DNA from: Terriglobia bacterium | GTDB lineage: Bacteria; Acidobacteriota; Terriglobia; 20CM-2-55-15 | Reading direction: 5' to 3' | Assembly (NCBI GenBank): GCA_965198225.1 | Contig: CBDAOY010000006.1 | Coordinates: 288,001 to 352,000 of the forward strand | DNA: 64,000 bases | In this document: positions 1 to 9,639 of the stretch, piece by piece | Layout of the letters: the number at the start of each line of letters is the position of its first letter | Numbering within the stretch: the stretch's first letter is position 1 | Program-made: the position numbers and the translations under genes | The notes under the pieces: model-generated | Told to the model about the DNA's origin: nothing | Database searches by the model: none | What the model saw: the letters and a program-made list of their open reading frames with translations, nothing else

Positions 1-1703
1 GTCAGCGCCACTGGGTCTCCCGCCAACTGCAGCCCGTCGTGGTCGAACGGAGCGGCCAGGAGCGTCCCGTCCGCCGTCACGTAGACCAGATGCCCCGACG
101 CCGCGTAGCGGGCGAACACGCCGCGCACGAGGATCTCGTGCTCCCCGGTCTCCATGTCCGCTACCGCAATGTCGTGCTGGCTGACGTCGCCACTGGGCTC
201 GTGGGCCACCGTGAGCAGCACGCCGCGACCGTTGGGGAGCGCCTGCGGCCAGATGTGACCCGTCTCGCTCTGTGCCGGGTCGAGCACGGTGAACGGCTCC
301 ACCTCGCCGCTCGTCTCCGGCACGCGGACAAGAGCACTACTCCCTTGAGCCCGGAAGTAGATGTAGCCATCGGGACCCCAGGCGAGCCCCCCAACTCCAA
401 CGCCACTCTCCACGATCGCCAACGGTGGCCCACCGCTCAGTGAGACCACGCGGACCCCGCCACCTTCGTGGAAGGCCACCCTCTGGCCGTCGGGAGACAA
501 TACGGGGTTCTCCGCTCCCTCGGTGCCCGCGATGGGCGTCGCCTGAAGTTGATCACGTCGGCGTAGCCAGAGCTGTATGCCGCTCTGTTCCCCCGGACCC
601 ACATAGACCATCTGAGTCCCGTCCGGTGAGACCGCGACGCTCGAGCCTCTGCCGTTGGCCCGCTGAGTGACAGGTAACTCGATGCTGTAGCGGCTGACGG
701 GCCTCGCTTCCGGGGCCGAGGGACGGAGGAGCGACCAGGCGAGGGTCCCCGTCAGGACGGCGGCGACTGCAGCGAACGCAACCGCCAGCCGTTTCCACCG
801 ACCGACGCCCGCAGGGACTCCAGTCCCATCGGCGGTCCCATGTCTGAACCCCGGATCAGCCATTACTTTCTGAATATCCACCCGAGCATCGGAAATGTCA
901 CCGTATCGGTCTCTCGACTCCTTCTCCAAGCAACGATCCAGGAGCAGCCGAATGCGTGGATGCACGTTCGGCGGCAGGCTCTTCCAATCCGGTTCTCTCG
1001 CAAGCACTCCGGCAAGAACGTCGGACGCGGTGGGGCCTTCATAGACTTGCCGCCCGGTTACCATCTCGAACAAGACGCAGCCGAACGCCCAGATGTCGGC
1101 ACGCTTGTCCACTTCCTGCCCTCTCGCTTGCTCCGGAGACATGTACGCGGCCGTCCCGAGGATCACTCCCTTCTGCGTCGCCGCCATGCTCAGGGTCGGG
1201 GAGTTCGACAGGCTGGCATCGGCACCGTCGCCTATGAAGGCCTTCGCCAAACCAAAGTCCAGCACCTTGACCTTACCGTCGGGCGTCACCTTTATGTTGC
1301 CGGGTTTCAGATCCCGGTGAATCACACCCTTTTCATGCGCTGCTTCTAACGCCTCGGCAATCTGCAGGGCGAGTCTGAGGGATTCTTCGACCGGGATGGC
1401 CCCGCGCTTCAGCCGGTCCGCCAGCGTGTCGCCTTCGACCAATTCGAGGACAAGGAACCGGGTACCGTCGTGTTCTTCGAGGCCGTGGATCGTGGCGATA
1501 TTCGGGTGGTTCAACGAAGCAAGCAGTTTCGCTTCGCGTTCAAACCGGGCAAGGCGCTCTTCGTCCTTGGCGAACTCCTCGGGAAGCGTCTTGATAGCCA
1601 CCTGCCGGCCCAACTTCACATCCTGCGCCAGCCACACGGACCCCATGCCGCCCTGCCCGAGCTTGTCGGTGATCTCGTAGTGGCCGAGCGTCTTGCCGAT
1701 CAT
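1..1703 (-). CDS. Ser/Thr kinase + TM + PD40 beta-propeller protein (array copy 1; runs off left edge of window)
   Basis: Manual minus-strand translation from ATG at 1703: [35 protein letters not shown], hydrophobic segment, then SPDG propeller repeats. Absent from the ORF track, consistent with no stop before the window edge. ATG overlaps the TGA of the upstream kinase (ATGA). Confidence 0.9.
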   Translation of the reverse strand, partial: MIGKTLGHYEITDKLGQGGMGSVWLAQDVKLGRQVAIKTLPEEFAKDEERLARFEREAKLLASLNHPNIATIHGLEEHDGTRFLVLELVEGDTLADRLKRGAIPVEESLRLALQIAEALEAAHEKGVIHRDLKPGNIKVTPDGKVKVLDFGLAKAFIGDGADASLSNSPTLSMAATQKGVILGTAAYMSPEQARGQEVDKRADIWAFGCVLFEMVTGRQVYEGPTASDVLAGVLAREPDWKSLPPNVHPRIRLLLDRCLEKESRDRYGDISDARVDIQKVMADPGFRHGTADGTGVPAGVGRWKRLAVAFAAVAAVLTGTLAWSLLRPSAPEARPVSRYSIELPVTQRANGRGSSVAVSPDGTQMVYVGPGEQSGIQLWLRRRDQLQATPIAGTEGAENPVLSPDGQRVAFHEGGGVRVVSLSGGPPLAIVESGVGVGGLAWGPDGYIYFRAQGSSALVRVPETSGEVEPFTVLDPAQSETGHIWPQALPNGRGVLLTVAHEPSGDVSQHDIAVADMETGEHEILVRGVFARYAASGHLVYVTADGTLLAAPFDHDGLQLAGDPVAL

Positions 1704-4330
1704 GGCACCGGCACCCGTTCCTTCAGTTCTTCGAACCAGTTGAGGACGATGTTGATAGGATTTGGTGAACCAGCTTCGATCAGCTGGCGGAAAAGGAAAC
1801 GATTGCCGTCCGGATGAACTGAGGGATAAGGAGAGGGCGGCATATCGAGCACCTCAGACGCGGAACCCAGCCGGCCATCTGCTCCGACGGGCACTGACAT
1901 CAGGGCTAGCTGAAGCTGGTCACTGTAGTACAAGGAATCGCCATCTGGTGACCAGGCTGGATTAGAGCCGCGTCCTCCAACCTGCAACGGACGACTTCGT
2001 CTGGGAAATTCGGAGAGAAAAATGGTCGCGCCAGTTTCGAGCCCAGCGCGATATGCGATCCGGTTTCCATCTGGCGAAAACTGCGCTTGGTACTCAGGAA
2101 ACGGCTGATCGGCAAACGCGGTGACCTGCCCCGTCTCGCGATCCAGAATCCAGAGATCACGCGATCCCGGATCACTCACCGTGTATGCGAGGTAACGGCC
2201 GCTGGGCGACCAGGACTCGGGTATAGGCGAGTTGGCGTTTTCGGGGAGCAGTTTCTCAGGAGGGACCAGGCTTTCAATGGACTGAGAATAGAGGCTATCG
2301 CCGTCCGTGATGGTAATCCGTTGTCCACCTGGCTCCCAGATTGGTCTCAAGGCAAATCCTGTTCGGAGGCCGGGTATTCGCAGCTGACTCTGAATACCCC
2401 TTTCCAGATCCATGAGATAGACCCCGTCTTGATTGGCGAGCTCGTAGAGTAGGGAATCCCCATTCGGAGAGAGCCGCGGTCTTGCCGCCGGAACCTCCAG
2501 CACGGCCGCAGACGTGACTCCGCTTTGGTCTGTCCAGACAAATCTCGGCTCGCCCCCAGAACCTGGAGTTCGCGCGTAGGCCAGGACACCGTCACGCGAT
2601 ACCGAAAAAGCCGCTCGACCGTTCGCGGCGAGAACGACATCGCCTGCCACCGCGATCGCATCTCCAGCCAACAGTTCTCCCCGCGTCGCGTCGAAAGCTT
2701 GCGCCAACAGGAACGAGTCTCGGACAAACAGCAGATGCCCTGGCTCGGAATATTGAGCCATCGACGCGGACGGCATAATGGCCCGCGGCGGCTGATCATC
2801 CAAGCTTCCGACGTAGAGGGTCCAGTCTGTGAGACCGTCAGTTCTCGACAGGTAGACGAATCGCCGACCGTCGGGAAGAAAGGAGGGCCATGTCTGAAGT
2901 ATTTCGCCCGGCGTCTCACCAAGATTCGTAACCGGCGTCGGCGCGCCGCCTGAAGCGGGAACACGCATGATCGGACCGCTCGGGTTCCGACCCCCGAAGA
3001 TGATCGTGCCTTGGTTATTCCACGAACCGCCCTGATCGCCCCTTGGTGCCTCGCTTATCGTGAACGCCGGGCCGCCTTCAAGATCCACCCTGCGAAGCTC
3101 CCCATCTGCAAAGAAACCCACCTGTTGGCTGTCGGGTGACCAGAAGGGCATGGTGGCGTTCTCCGTGCCCGGTATCGGAGCGGATTCGAGCGAATCCATC
3201 CGCCGCACCCACAGTTGGATGATGCCATCGGTCGTACCTTGGTAAACCAGGCGAGAGCCATCCGGCGATATGGCCATTCGGGGAGCGCCACCCCGACCGG
3301 CAAGGACTGTCTCGTCCGGCGGAAAGACCGAGAACTTCACTACGTTGTGCGCCGCTTCGGACTGATTGAGATAGAAATAGACGAGTCCAACCGCAAGGAC
3401 CACAGACAGGGTGGCAAAGGCCAGAGTAGCGGCGAACAACGGTCGCTCCCTGCCGGGGGTAGCGACTGAAACTTGTACTCCGCTTTCAATGTGGGACAGT
3501 TCGATCCTCAGGTCTCCCACATCGCGCCACCGATCACGCGGATCCTTTTCCAAGCACCGCAGAATCAGCTCCCGAACTCGAGGGTGCAGTTGGCTATGAA
3601 GTGTTGAGTAGTCCGGTTCCCGAGCCAAGACCGAGGCCATCACGTCCGACATCAACTCGCCCCGGAACGCCTGACGGCCTGTCAGCATCTCGTACAGCAC
3701 ACATCCGAATGCCCACACGTCAGCCCGCTTGTCGACTTCCTGTCCACGCGCTTGCTCCGGTGACATGTAAGCGGCAGTGCCAAGAATCACACCCTGCTGG
3801 GTTGCCGCCAGACTCAAGGTCGGTGACTGCGACAGGTTCGCGTCCGACCCGTCCCCCAAGAAAGCCTTCGCCAGCCCGAAGTCCAGCACCTTCACCTTCC
3901 CGTCGGGTGTGACCTTGATGTTCCCTGGTTTCAGATCACGGTGAATCACACCCTTCTCATGTGCTGCTTCGAGAGCTTCGGCGATCTGGAGGGCAAGTTT
4001 GAGGGATTCCTCGACGGGGATGACACCGTGTTTCAGCCGATCCGCGAGCGTGTCGCCCTCGACGAGTTCAAGGACGAGGAACCGAATGCCGTTGTCTTCT
4101 TCCAGACCGTGGATGGTGGCGATGTTCGGGTGGTTCAGGGAGGCGAGAAGTTTGGCTTCACGCTCAAACCGGGCCAGACGTTCTTCGTTCTGCGCGAACT
4201 CTTCAGGAAGTGTCTTGATGGCGACTTCCCGTCCGAGTTTGGAATCCCGCGCACGCCACACCTCGCCCATGCCTCCCTTTCCGAGCGGGGAGAGAACTTC
4301 GTAGCTGCCGAGTTGGGTGCCGGGGGTCAT
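1700..4330 (-). CDS. Ser/Thr kinase + TM + PD40 beta-propeller protein (copy 2, 876 aa)
   Basis: [24 protein letters not shown]; TM LFAATLAF...VYFYL; WSPD/FSPDG repeats; tail NWFEELKERVPVP. Confidence 0.95.
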   Translation of the reverse strand: MTPGTQLGSYEVLSPLGKGGMGEVWRARDSKLGREVAIKTLPEEFAQNEERLARFEREAKLLASLNHPNIATIHGLEEDNGIRFLVLELVEGDTLADRLKHGVIPVEESLKLALQIAEALEAAHEKGVIHRDLKPGNIKVTPDGKVKVLDFGLAKAFLGDGSDANLSQSPTLSLAATQQGVILGTAAYMSPEQARGQEVDKRADVWAFGCVLYEMLTGRQAFRGELMSDVMASVLAREPDYSTLHSQLHPRVRELILRCLEKDPRDRWRDVGDLRIELSHIESGVQVSVATPGRERPLFAATLAFATLSVVLAVGLVYFYLNQSEAAHNVVKFSVFPPDETVLAGRGGAPRMAISPDGSRLVYQGTTDGIIQLWVRRMDSLESAPIPGTENATMPFWSPDSQQVGFFADGELRRVDLEGGPAFTISEAPRGDQGGSWNNQGTIIFGGRNPSGPIMRVPASGGAPTPVTNLGETPGEILQTWPSFLPDGRRFVYLSRTDGLTDWTLYVGSLDDQPPRAIMPSASMAQYSEPGHLLFVRDSFLLAQAFDATRGELLAGDAIAVAGDVVLAANGRAAFSVSRDGVLAYARTPGSGGEPRFVWTDQSGVTSAAVLEVPAARPRLSPNGDSLLYELANQDGVYLMDLERGIQSQLRIPGLRTGFALRPIWEPGGQRITITDGDSLYSQSIESLVPPEKLLPENANSPIPESWSPSGRYLAYTVSDPGSRDLWILDRETGQVTAFADQPFPEYQAQFSPDGNRIAYRAGLETGATIFLSEFPRRSRPLQVGGRGSNPAWSPDGDSLYYSDQLQLALMSVPVGADGRLGSASEVLDMPPSPYPSVHPDGNRFLFRQLIEAGSPNPINIVLNWFEELKERVPVP

Positions 4331-6965
4331 TGGTTAGCGAGTTCAGCGGTCCAGTTGACGATGATCGTGACCGGTGGTGGGTCCAGGCTCGGGCGGCGCA
4401 GCAGGAAACTGGCCCCGTCGCCGGTCACGGCATAGTGATGCCGACTGTCTATCAGCCCTGACGCCGCCGGATTAAAAACCGGTGCCACTGTGCCAAACTC
4501 CAGACCCGAGGAACCAGCATCCATACGGACCGCCATGAGGTTTGCGTCCCCACTGCCGCCCTTGTAGAACAGCTCCCTGCTGTCGTCCCTCCACCTGGGA
4601 TGGCTGCCTGGACCGTCGGAGACGCGTTGGCGGTCGGTCACGTCCGGGAACCGCGCCACGTAGATGCTATCCTCGCCGGATTCTCTCGAAGAGTAGGCGA
4701 CCCACTCCTCGTTCGGCGAAAAGTGAGCGGCACGCTCGGTATAATTCGGATCGTTGAAAAGCGGCCAGGGTTCGTCCCCGGAAACGGGCAACACCCAAAC
4801 GTCGCCGCTTTGATTGAACAGAATGAACTGTCCGTCCTGCGACCAGTCCGTGGGAAGCAGTGATCCGGTCCCCTCGGCAGCTTCCCAGAGAGGCTCGTCC
4901 TGGTCCGTACGGATGTTCTTCTTCCAGATACCCCACTTCCCGTTCCGGTAGGACTGATAGGCGATTTCCTGGCTGTTGGGTGACCAGACCGGGTCGGCAT
5001 CGAACGAAGGCGTTGACGCGAACCGCGAGGGAACACCCGTTCCCACATCGATCAACCAGATATCGACATTCCCGGTCGCTGGATCCTTGCGGTTCACCCC
5101 GATTTGTTGCCCGTCCGGTGACAGGGACGGGTTCAGATATTCGCCCGTCTGTGGCTGCTGAACCCGTCGGGTTTCGTTTCCGTCACGATCGAACCACACG
5201 AGTTGTCCGTCCACACGGTTCCCGGACCGAAACGCGAGAATACCGTTATTCGAAACCGAAAGCGGCATGTCATCCCCGGCATTGATCCCAGGAGTAGACA
5301 CCTGGGGACCGATTCGGCGGGCTTCTCCGTTGAGCTCCAGGCGATCGACGTCAAACGGCTGCGCCATCAAGACGCCCCCGCTCACGAACAGGATATGAGC
5401 GCTACCGAACACGGCCTTGGTGTTGCGGTCGGCGTTCAACAGAAGACGCGTTTCTGGGGATTCCAGAGACGCCAGGTAAATCGAAGACGGCTGAAGGCGA
5501 CCCCCGCCCCTCGAATAGAGGAAATGAATTCCGTCGGGAAGGAAGTGCGGGCGCCCGCCCTGCACTTCCAGCGTCAGCGGGACGGGTTGGCCGCCCGTCG
5601 CCGATACGCGGTGCAGGATCCCACTGCCACGGAAAACAATTTCCCCATCGGCGTTCCATGTACCGCCTCCAGCCGTGACCACAGGACAGACAATCCGGGG
5701 AGCCGCGCCGGAGAGATCCGCAACCCGGAGGTCTGTCGACGTGAAGAATCCTATGGACTGCCCATTCGGCTCCCAGAACAAAGATCTGACGGCACCCTCC
5801 GTACCCGCCAGCATCCGCATTTCACCCGACCCGCGTTCGCGGACCCAGACCGCCGGCCGACCGGTGGGTTCTGGCGCGAGGAATGCAATTCGTTCGCCGT
5901 CGGGTGAAATGGCCAGCACTTGTGCACGGGCCTCGAAGGGTTGGGGGAAGGAAAATCGGAAAGCCGTCTGCTCCGGGGGTGCGACGGAAAAATAAGCCAC
6001 GGCCAGGATCAGCGTTGCAATCAGAAGGACTCCAATTGCGGACCACAAGACAAGTTCACGGCCTTTTGATCGGGTTTCAACGGGGGCTGTTCCAACTTGT
6101 GCACTGCCATCTGTGATCCACTGCAACTCGCGCATCAGGTCGGCGGCGTTTTGACACCGATCTTCGGGATTCTTGGCGAGGCATGCCTTGATGACGTGAT
6201 TGAGCATGGGCGGCGAGACCGGCTGAACCTCAGTGACCGGCGCGGGCTGGTGGTTCATGATCGCCCCGACCAGACTTGCCTGACTCGCACCCTCAAACGC
6301 CTTCTTCCCGGTCACCATTTCGTACACGACCGCCCCGAACGCGAAGATGTCTGTCCGGGCGTCGGCTTCCTTGCCCTCCAACTGTTCGGGTGCCATGTAC
6401 TGGAGCGTGCCGATGATCGTTCCTTCGGCTGTGAGGGGTGCGGACGGATCTTGCGTGGGCATCTGCGAGAGTGGTGAGACCTCACCCGCTTCGCCCTTGA
6501 GCTTCGCCAGCCCGAAGTCGAGCAGCTTCACACCCGCCGACTTCGTCAGCATGATGTTGCCGGGTTTGAGGTCCCGATGCACGACGCCCTGCCGGTGCGC
6601 CTTGTCCAGCGCGTCGGCGATCTGGATGGCGTATTCGAGGGCCTGGTCGAGCGGGAGGCGTCCCTTCTCCAACCGCTGCTGCAGCGTGTCGCCCTCCACC
6701 AGTTCCATGACGAGGTAGTGAACGCCGTCCTGTTCCCCCACGTCGTGCAGATGTGCGGGTGGTTCAGACTGCTGACGGCCTTGGCTTCGCGCTCGAAGCG
6801 TTCCCGGCGTTGCGGGTCGGAGGCGAGGTGTTCGGGCAGGACTTTGATGGCGACCGTGCGCTCCAGGCGGGTGTCGGTAGCGCGATACACCTCTCCCATA
6901 CCGCCGGCACCGAGTTGGTCGGCGATTTCGTATGGACCCAGACGTGTGCCTGCTGCGAGCGACAC
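4327..6965 (-). pseudogene. Ser/Thr kinase + TM + PD40 propeller (copy 3), frameshifted near 6745
   Basis: GTG start at 6965 after GGAGG ([14 protein letters not shown]...HPHICT) continues in another frame as HDVGEQDG...HRDLKPGN...DFG...APE...NWTAELANQ; 7 nt shorter than the paralogous site in copy 5. Confidence 0.9.
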
Positions 6966-7035
6966 GGGTTGCCTCCAAGTAAAGGCCGGCGGTCATAGAC
7001 CGCCGCTACAGAGCATCACTTCGCCAATTTGCTGA

Positions 7036-7090
7036 AACTTGCGTAAATACTACGGCAGGAAGGGGTTGGTAGCAATCAAACAGCCGCATG
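7036..7090 (-). promoter_or_regulatory. Conserved sigma70-like promoter element upstream of kinase copy 3
   Basis: Minus strand TTGCTA (7075-7070), 17 bp spacer, TAGTAT (7052-7047); near-identical copy at 18514-18570. Confidence 0.55.
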
Positions 7091-7393
7091 GATGGATCAC
7101 CGCCTGGTCGGAAGAGTGGAAAAACCGAGGTAAGACGGGGCTTTTCGACGAGATCCACATGGAAGTATCGACGATAGGGAATGTGGTTCGCCCTTCGCCT
7201 TCAGGCCGGGCCGATTTGATGGACATAGGTGGTCGGATCGGTCAGCATAGCGCTCAGACTGACTCGTTCATGAAAACACCACTTTCTATTGGACCATCCT
7301 CAAACTGCGAGGGCGTTATACGGAAACAGGCGATCGAGCCGCTTGCTGAACGACACTTCTGAATGTATTATTAACAGTACGTTTGGAGGTGAT

Positions 7394-7669
7394 ATGCGGA
7401 AAATCCCGAGGATTGTACCTGTGACCGATCTCCGCCAGGATGCGGCATCGGTACTGGAGGAACTTCAGAAGGCTGACGAGCCCTGGATCATTACCCAAAG
7501 GGGGAGGGCCACGGCCGTCCTGCTCAACGTCGAGGCCTACGAGCGCTCGCAACAGGAAAACGAACTGCTTCGGCTCCTGGCGGTCGGTGAGAAGGAGATC
7601 GCCCAGGGGAAAGGGCACTCTCTTGATAGCGTGATGAAAGATGCAGACCGGCTGCTTCGGACAGACTGA
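7394..7669 (+). CDS. Phd/YefM family antitoxin
   Basis: GGAGGT RBS; PVTDLRQDAASVLEEL...PWIITQRGRATAVLL is the Phd signature; immediately upstream of a RelE/ParE gene. Confidence 0.9.
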   Translation: MRKIPRIVPVTDLRQDAASVLEELQKADEPWIITQRGRATAVLLNVEAYERSQQENELLRLLAVGEKEIAQGKGHSLDSVMKDADRLLRTD

Positions 7670-7672
7670 TCC

Positions 7673-7969
7673 GTGAGGGTTCGCTTCACCCCGTCAGCGC
7701 GGGAGCAATTCCTCGAAGGCCTAGAATACATCAGGAGGGACAATCCAGCAGCGGCCAGAAGATTTCGCGATCATGCCGAACGGATCCTCAAACGGCTGCG
7801 GGACTATCCAGAGTCGGGTCGTACGATTCCAGAGTTTCCGGAGCTACCACATCGGGAGCTCATTGTCCGGCCCTATCGCTTCTTCTATCGCGTAGAGAAA
7901 AAAACGGTTTGGATCGTTGCCGTCTGGCACGGCGCACAAGAAGTTGATCAACCCGAAAGTACCGTATAA
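7673..7969 (+). CDS. RelE/ParE family toxin
   Basis: MRVRFTPSA...YIRRDNPAAA...YPESGR..PE...RELIVRPYRFFYRV....WIVAVWHG. Confidence 0.9.
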   Translation: MRVRFTPSAREQFLEGLEYIRRDNPAAARRFRDHAERILKRLRDYPESGRTIPEFPELPHRELIVRPYRFFYRVEKKTVWIVAVWHGAQEVDQPESTV

Positions 7970-8062
7970 CAAGGCAATGAAGCTGCCAGTCCCGCGGTTT
8001 CACGGTCCGTGCGTGCGCACGTCTCACGCCACCTCGGCCTGCAGCTTATTGCCGATCCGTTA
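7964..8062 (+). other. Integron attC-like recombination site (R' box interrupted by group II intron)
   Basis: GTATAAC (contains the toxin stop codon), arms GGCAATGAAGCTGC (7973-7986) and GCAGCTTATTGCC (8041-8053) pairing with one extrahelical G, then GTTA; removing the intron restores GTTAGAT (GTTRRRY). Confidence 0.75.
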
Positions 8063-8868
8063 GTGCGCCAAGCGAAGCTTGGCGCTTCTTGCAGGGTGCG
8101 AGTCCCTGCGGAGAAAGGGTTAACCACCCACTCCTACCGAGTGTTGCAACTGCGACTGCGGAGGTGAAAGCCGAACAAGTCAGTTGAAGCGTACACAGGG
8201 AAGCATGCAGGCCGCAGGAGGGACCGCGACCTCCAAGGCTTGATACAGCCCCGTCATGGCGTTTGATGCAGACGGCGACGGTGTTAACGGTACCGGAAGC
8301 CAACACAGACGAACCGTTGTGGTGAGGTTCGCGAGGGTCTGCCGGGGTCCACCTTAGAGCGTGGCATGTATGCAGAGAAGCGTCAGGAACTTGGGAGACC
8401 CTGCGGGTTCCCGAGCTGAGACGCGATCGGAAACGACAGATCGCAGGGCATACGGCTAGTGAGCCCACACACGGGGAAACCCAGACCCAGGTAGGCCGGA
8501 GCCTAAACGAACTGGACGCCTGATCGACGACGGCCACGGGTAGACAGGCTCGACCAAAAGAAGAGCCATCGATGATTCGCAGGGAGTCAGATCCGCTCAT
8601 ACTACTCGGAGACGGTAGCGCCGATCACATGGGGAAGGGGCGGACAGAAGTACGTAGCTGGTACAGGAAACATTGTCCGGCGATGAAGGGCCGGAACAAA
8701 ACAATGCCAACCTCACTGCTGGCGATAGCAAAGAAGGCTGAGGAAAGGAAACATCCCTTTCTTGATGCTGGACGCGGAAGCGAGTACTTCTGAGGAGCCC
8801 GGTGCTGGAAAACGGCACGCCGGGATCTGTGCGGGGGCGGTTCGGGAAACTGGCCGTTCTACCGCGAT
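8063..8868 (+). mobile_element. ORF-less (RT-deleted) group II intron, 806 bp
   Basis: 5' GTGCG; RT N-terminal stub MPTSLLAIAKKAEERKH near 8704; domain V GAGCCCGGTGCTGGAAAACGGCACGCCGGGATC; domain VI ending CTACCGCGAT. Confidence 0.85.
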
Positions 8869-8923
8869 GATTGCAGTCGCATTATCGTAAGAAGCAGGTT
8901 TGCCGTCTGTTAGACTTGGCGCA

Positions 8924-9152
8924 ATGACATCCGACGTCAAGAAACTCCTGGACGAAGCATTAAGGCTTCCAACGAGATGAAGCCCGGGCAGCACTGGCTG
9001 GGTCACTCATCGAAAGCTTGGATGAAGTCGTTGACGACGATGCCGAGTCGGCCTGGGCAGAAGAGATCCAGCGTCGAATTAGGGAGATCGAGTCGGGACA
9101 AGTCAAGACCGTGCCCTGGTCTGAAGCTCGCCGAATGATCATCGGGCAGTGA
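8924..9152 (+). pseudogene. Addiction module antitoxin (TIGR02574-like), frameshifted near 8972
   Basis: MTSDVKKLLDEALRLP, then shifted frame DEARAALAGSLIESLD...AWAEEIQRRIREIESGQVKTVPWSEARR; its TGA overlaps the toxin ATG. Confidence 0.8.
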
Positions 9153-9448
9153 TGCCTGCTCAGCTCCGCCTTCATCCAGAGGCCGTCATCGAAGCACGGG
9201 CGGCCAGAGAATGGTACGAACATCGCAACCCGATTGCTGCCGAGTCCTTCATGCAGGAACTGGACCACGCTGTTGAGCAAGTCGGCCAATCTCCGAATCG
9301 TTGGCCGCGCCACCTGTACGGAACCAGGCGTTACCTACTGCATCGGTTTCCATTCTCAGTTGTTTACCGGAAGTCTGATGGCGTCATCGAAGTGCTAGCC
9401 GTGGCGCACGGACACCGACGCCCCGGATATTGGAAAGCTCGAACCTAA
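9152..9448 (+). CDS. RelE/ParE family toxin
   Basis: LHPEAVIEARAAREWY...RRYLLHRFPFSVVYR...VLAVAHGHRRPGYWKAR. Confidence 0.9.
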   Translation: MPAQLRLHPEAVIEARAAREWYEHRNPIAAESFMQELDHAVEQVGQSPNRWPRHLYGTRRYLLHRFPFSVVYRKSDGVIEVLAVAHGHRRPGYWKART

Positions 9449-9456
9449 AGAAGCAA

Positions 9457-9545
9457 TCTAAGTGGCTTCACCAGACGGCGGCAACGTTGTTTTGGTTGAA
9501 GTGAAACCTTAGTGGCGCCGCAGGTAAGCCACAAACCGTCTGGCA
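9457..9545 (+). other. Degenerate attC-like site after second TA module
   Basis: Arms GTGGCTT(C)ACC and GGTAAGCCAC pair with one extra base; R boxes degenerate (TCTAAG / CGTCTGG). Confidence 0.4.
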
Positions 9546-9639
9546 CTTCTCCGCGAAGGCGATCTTTACAGTCAGGTCGATTTGAAACGTGTGCCGTATC
9601 GGAGAGTTTGGGGGGATCAGAAGGCTCGATGAACGGGAG

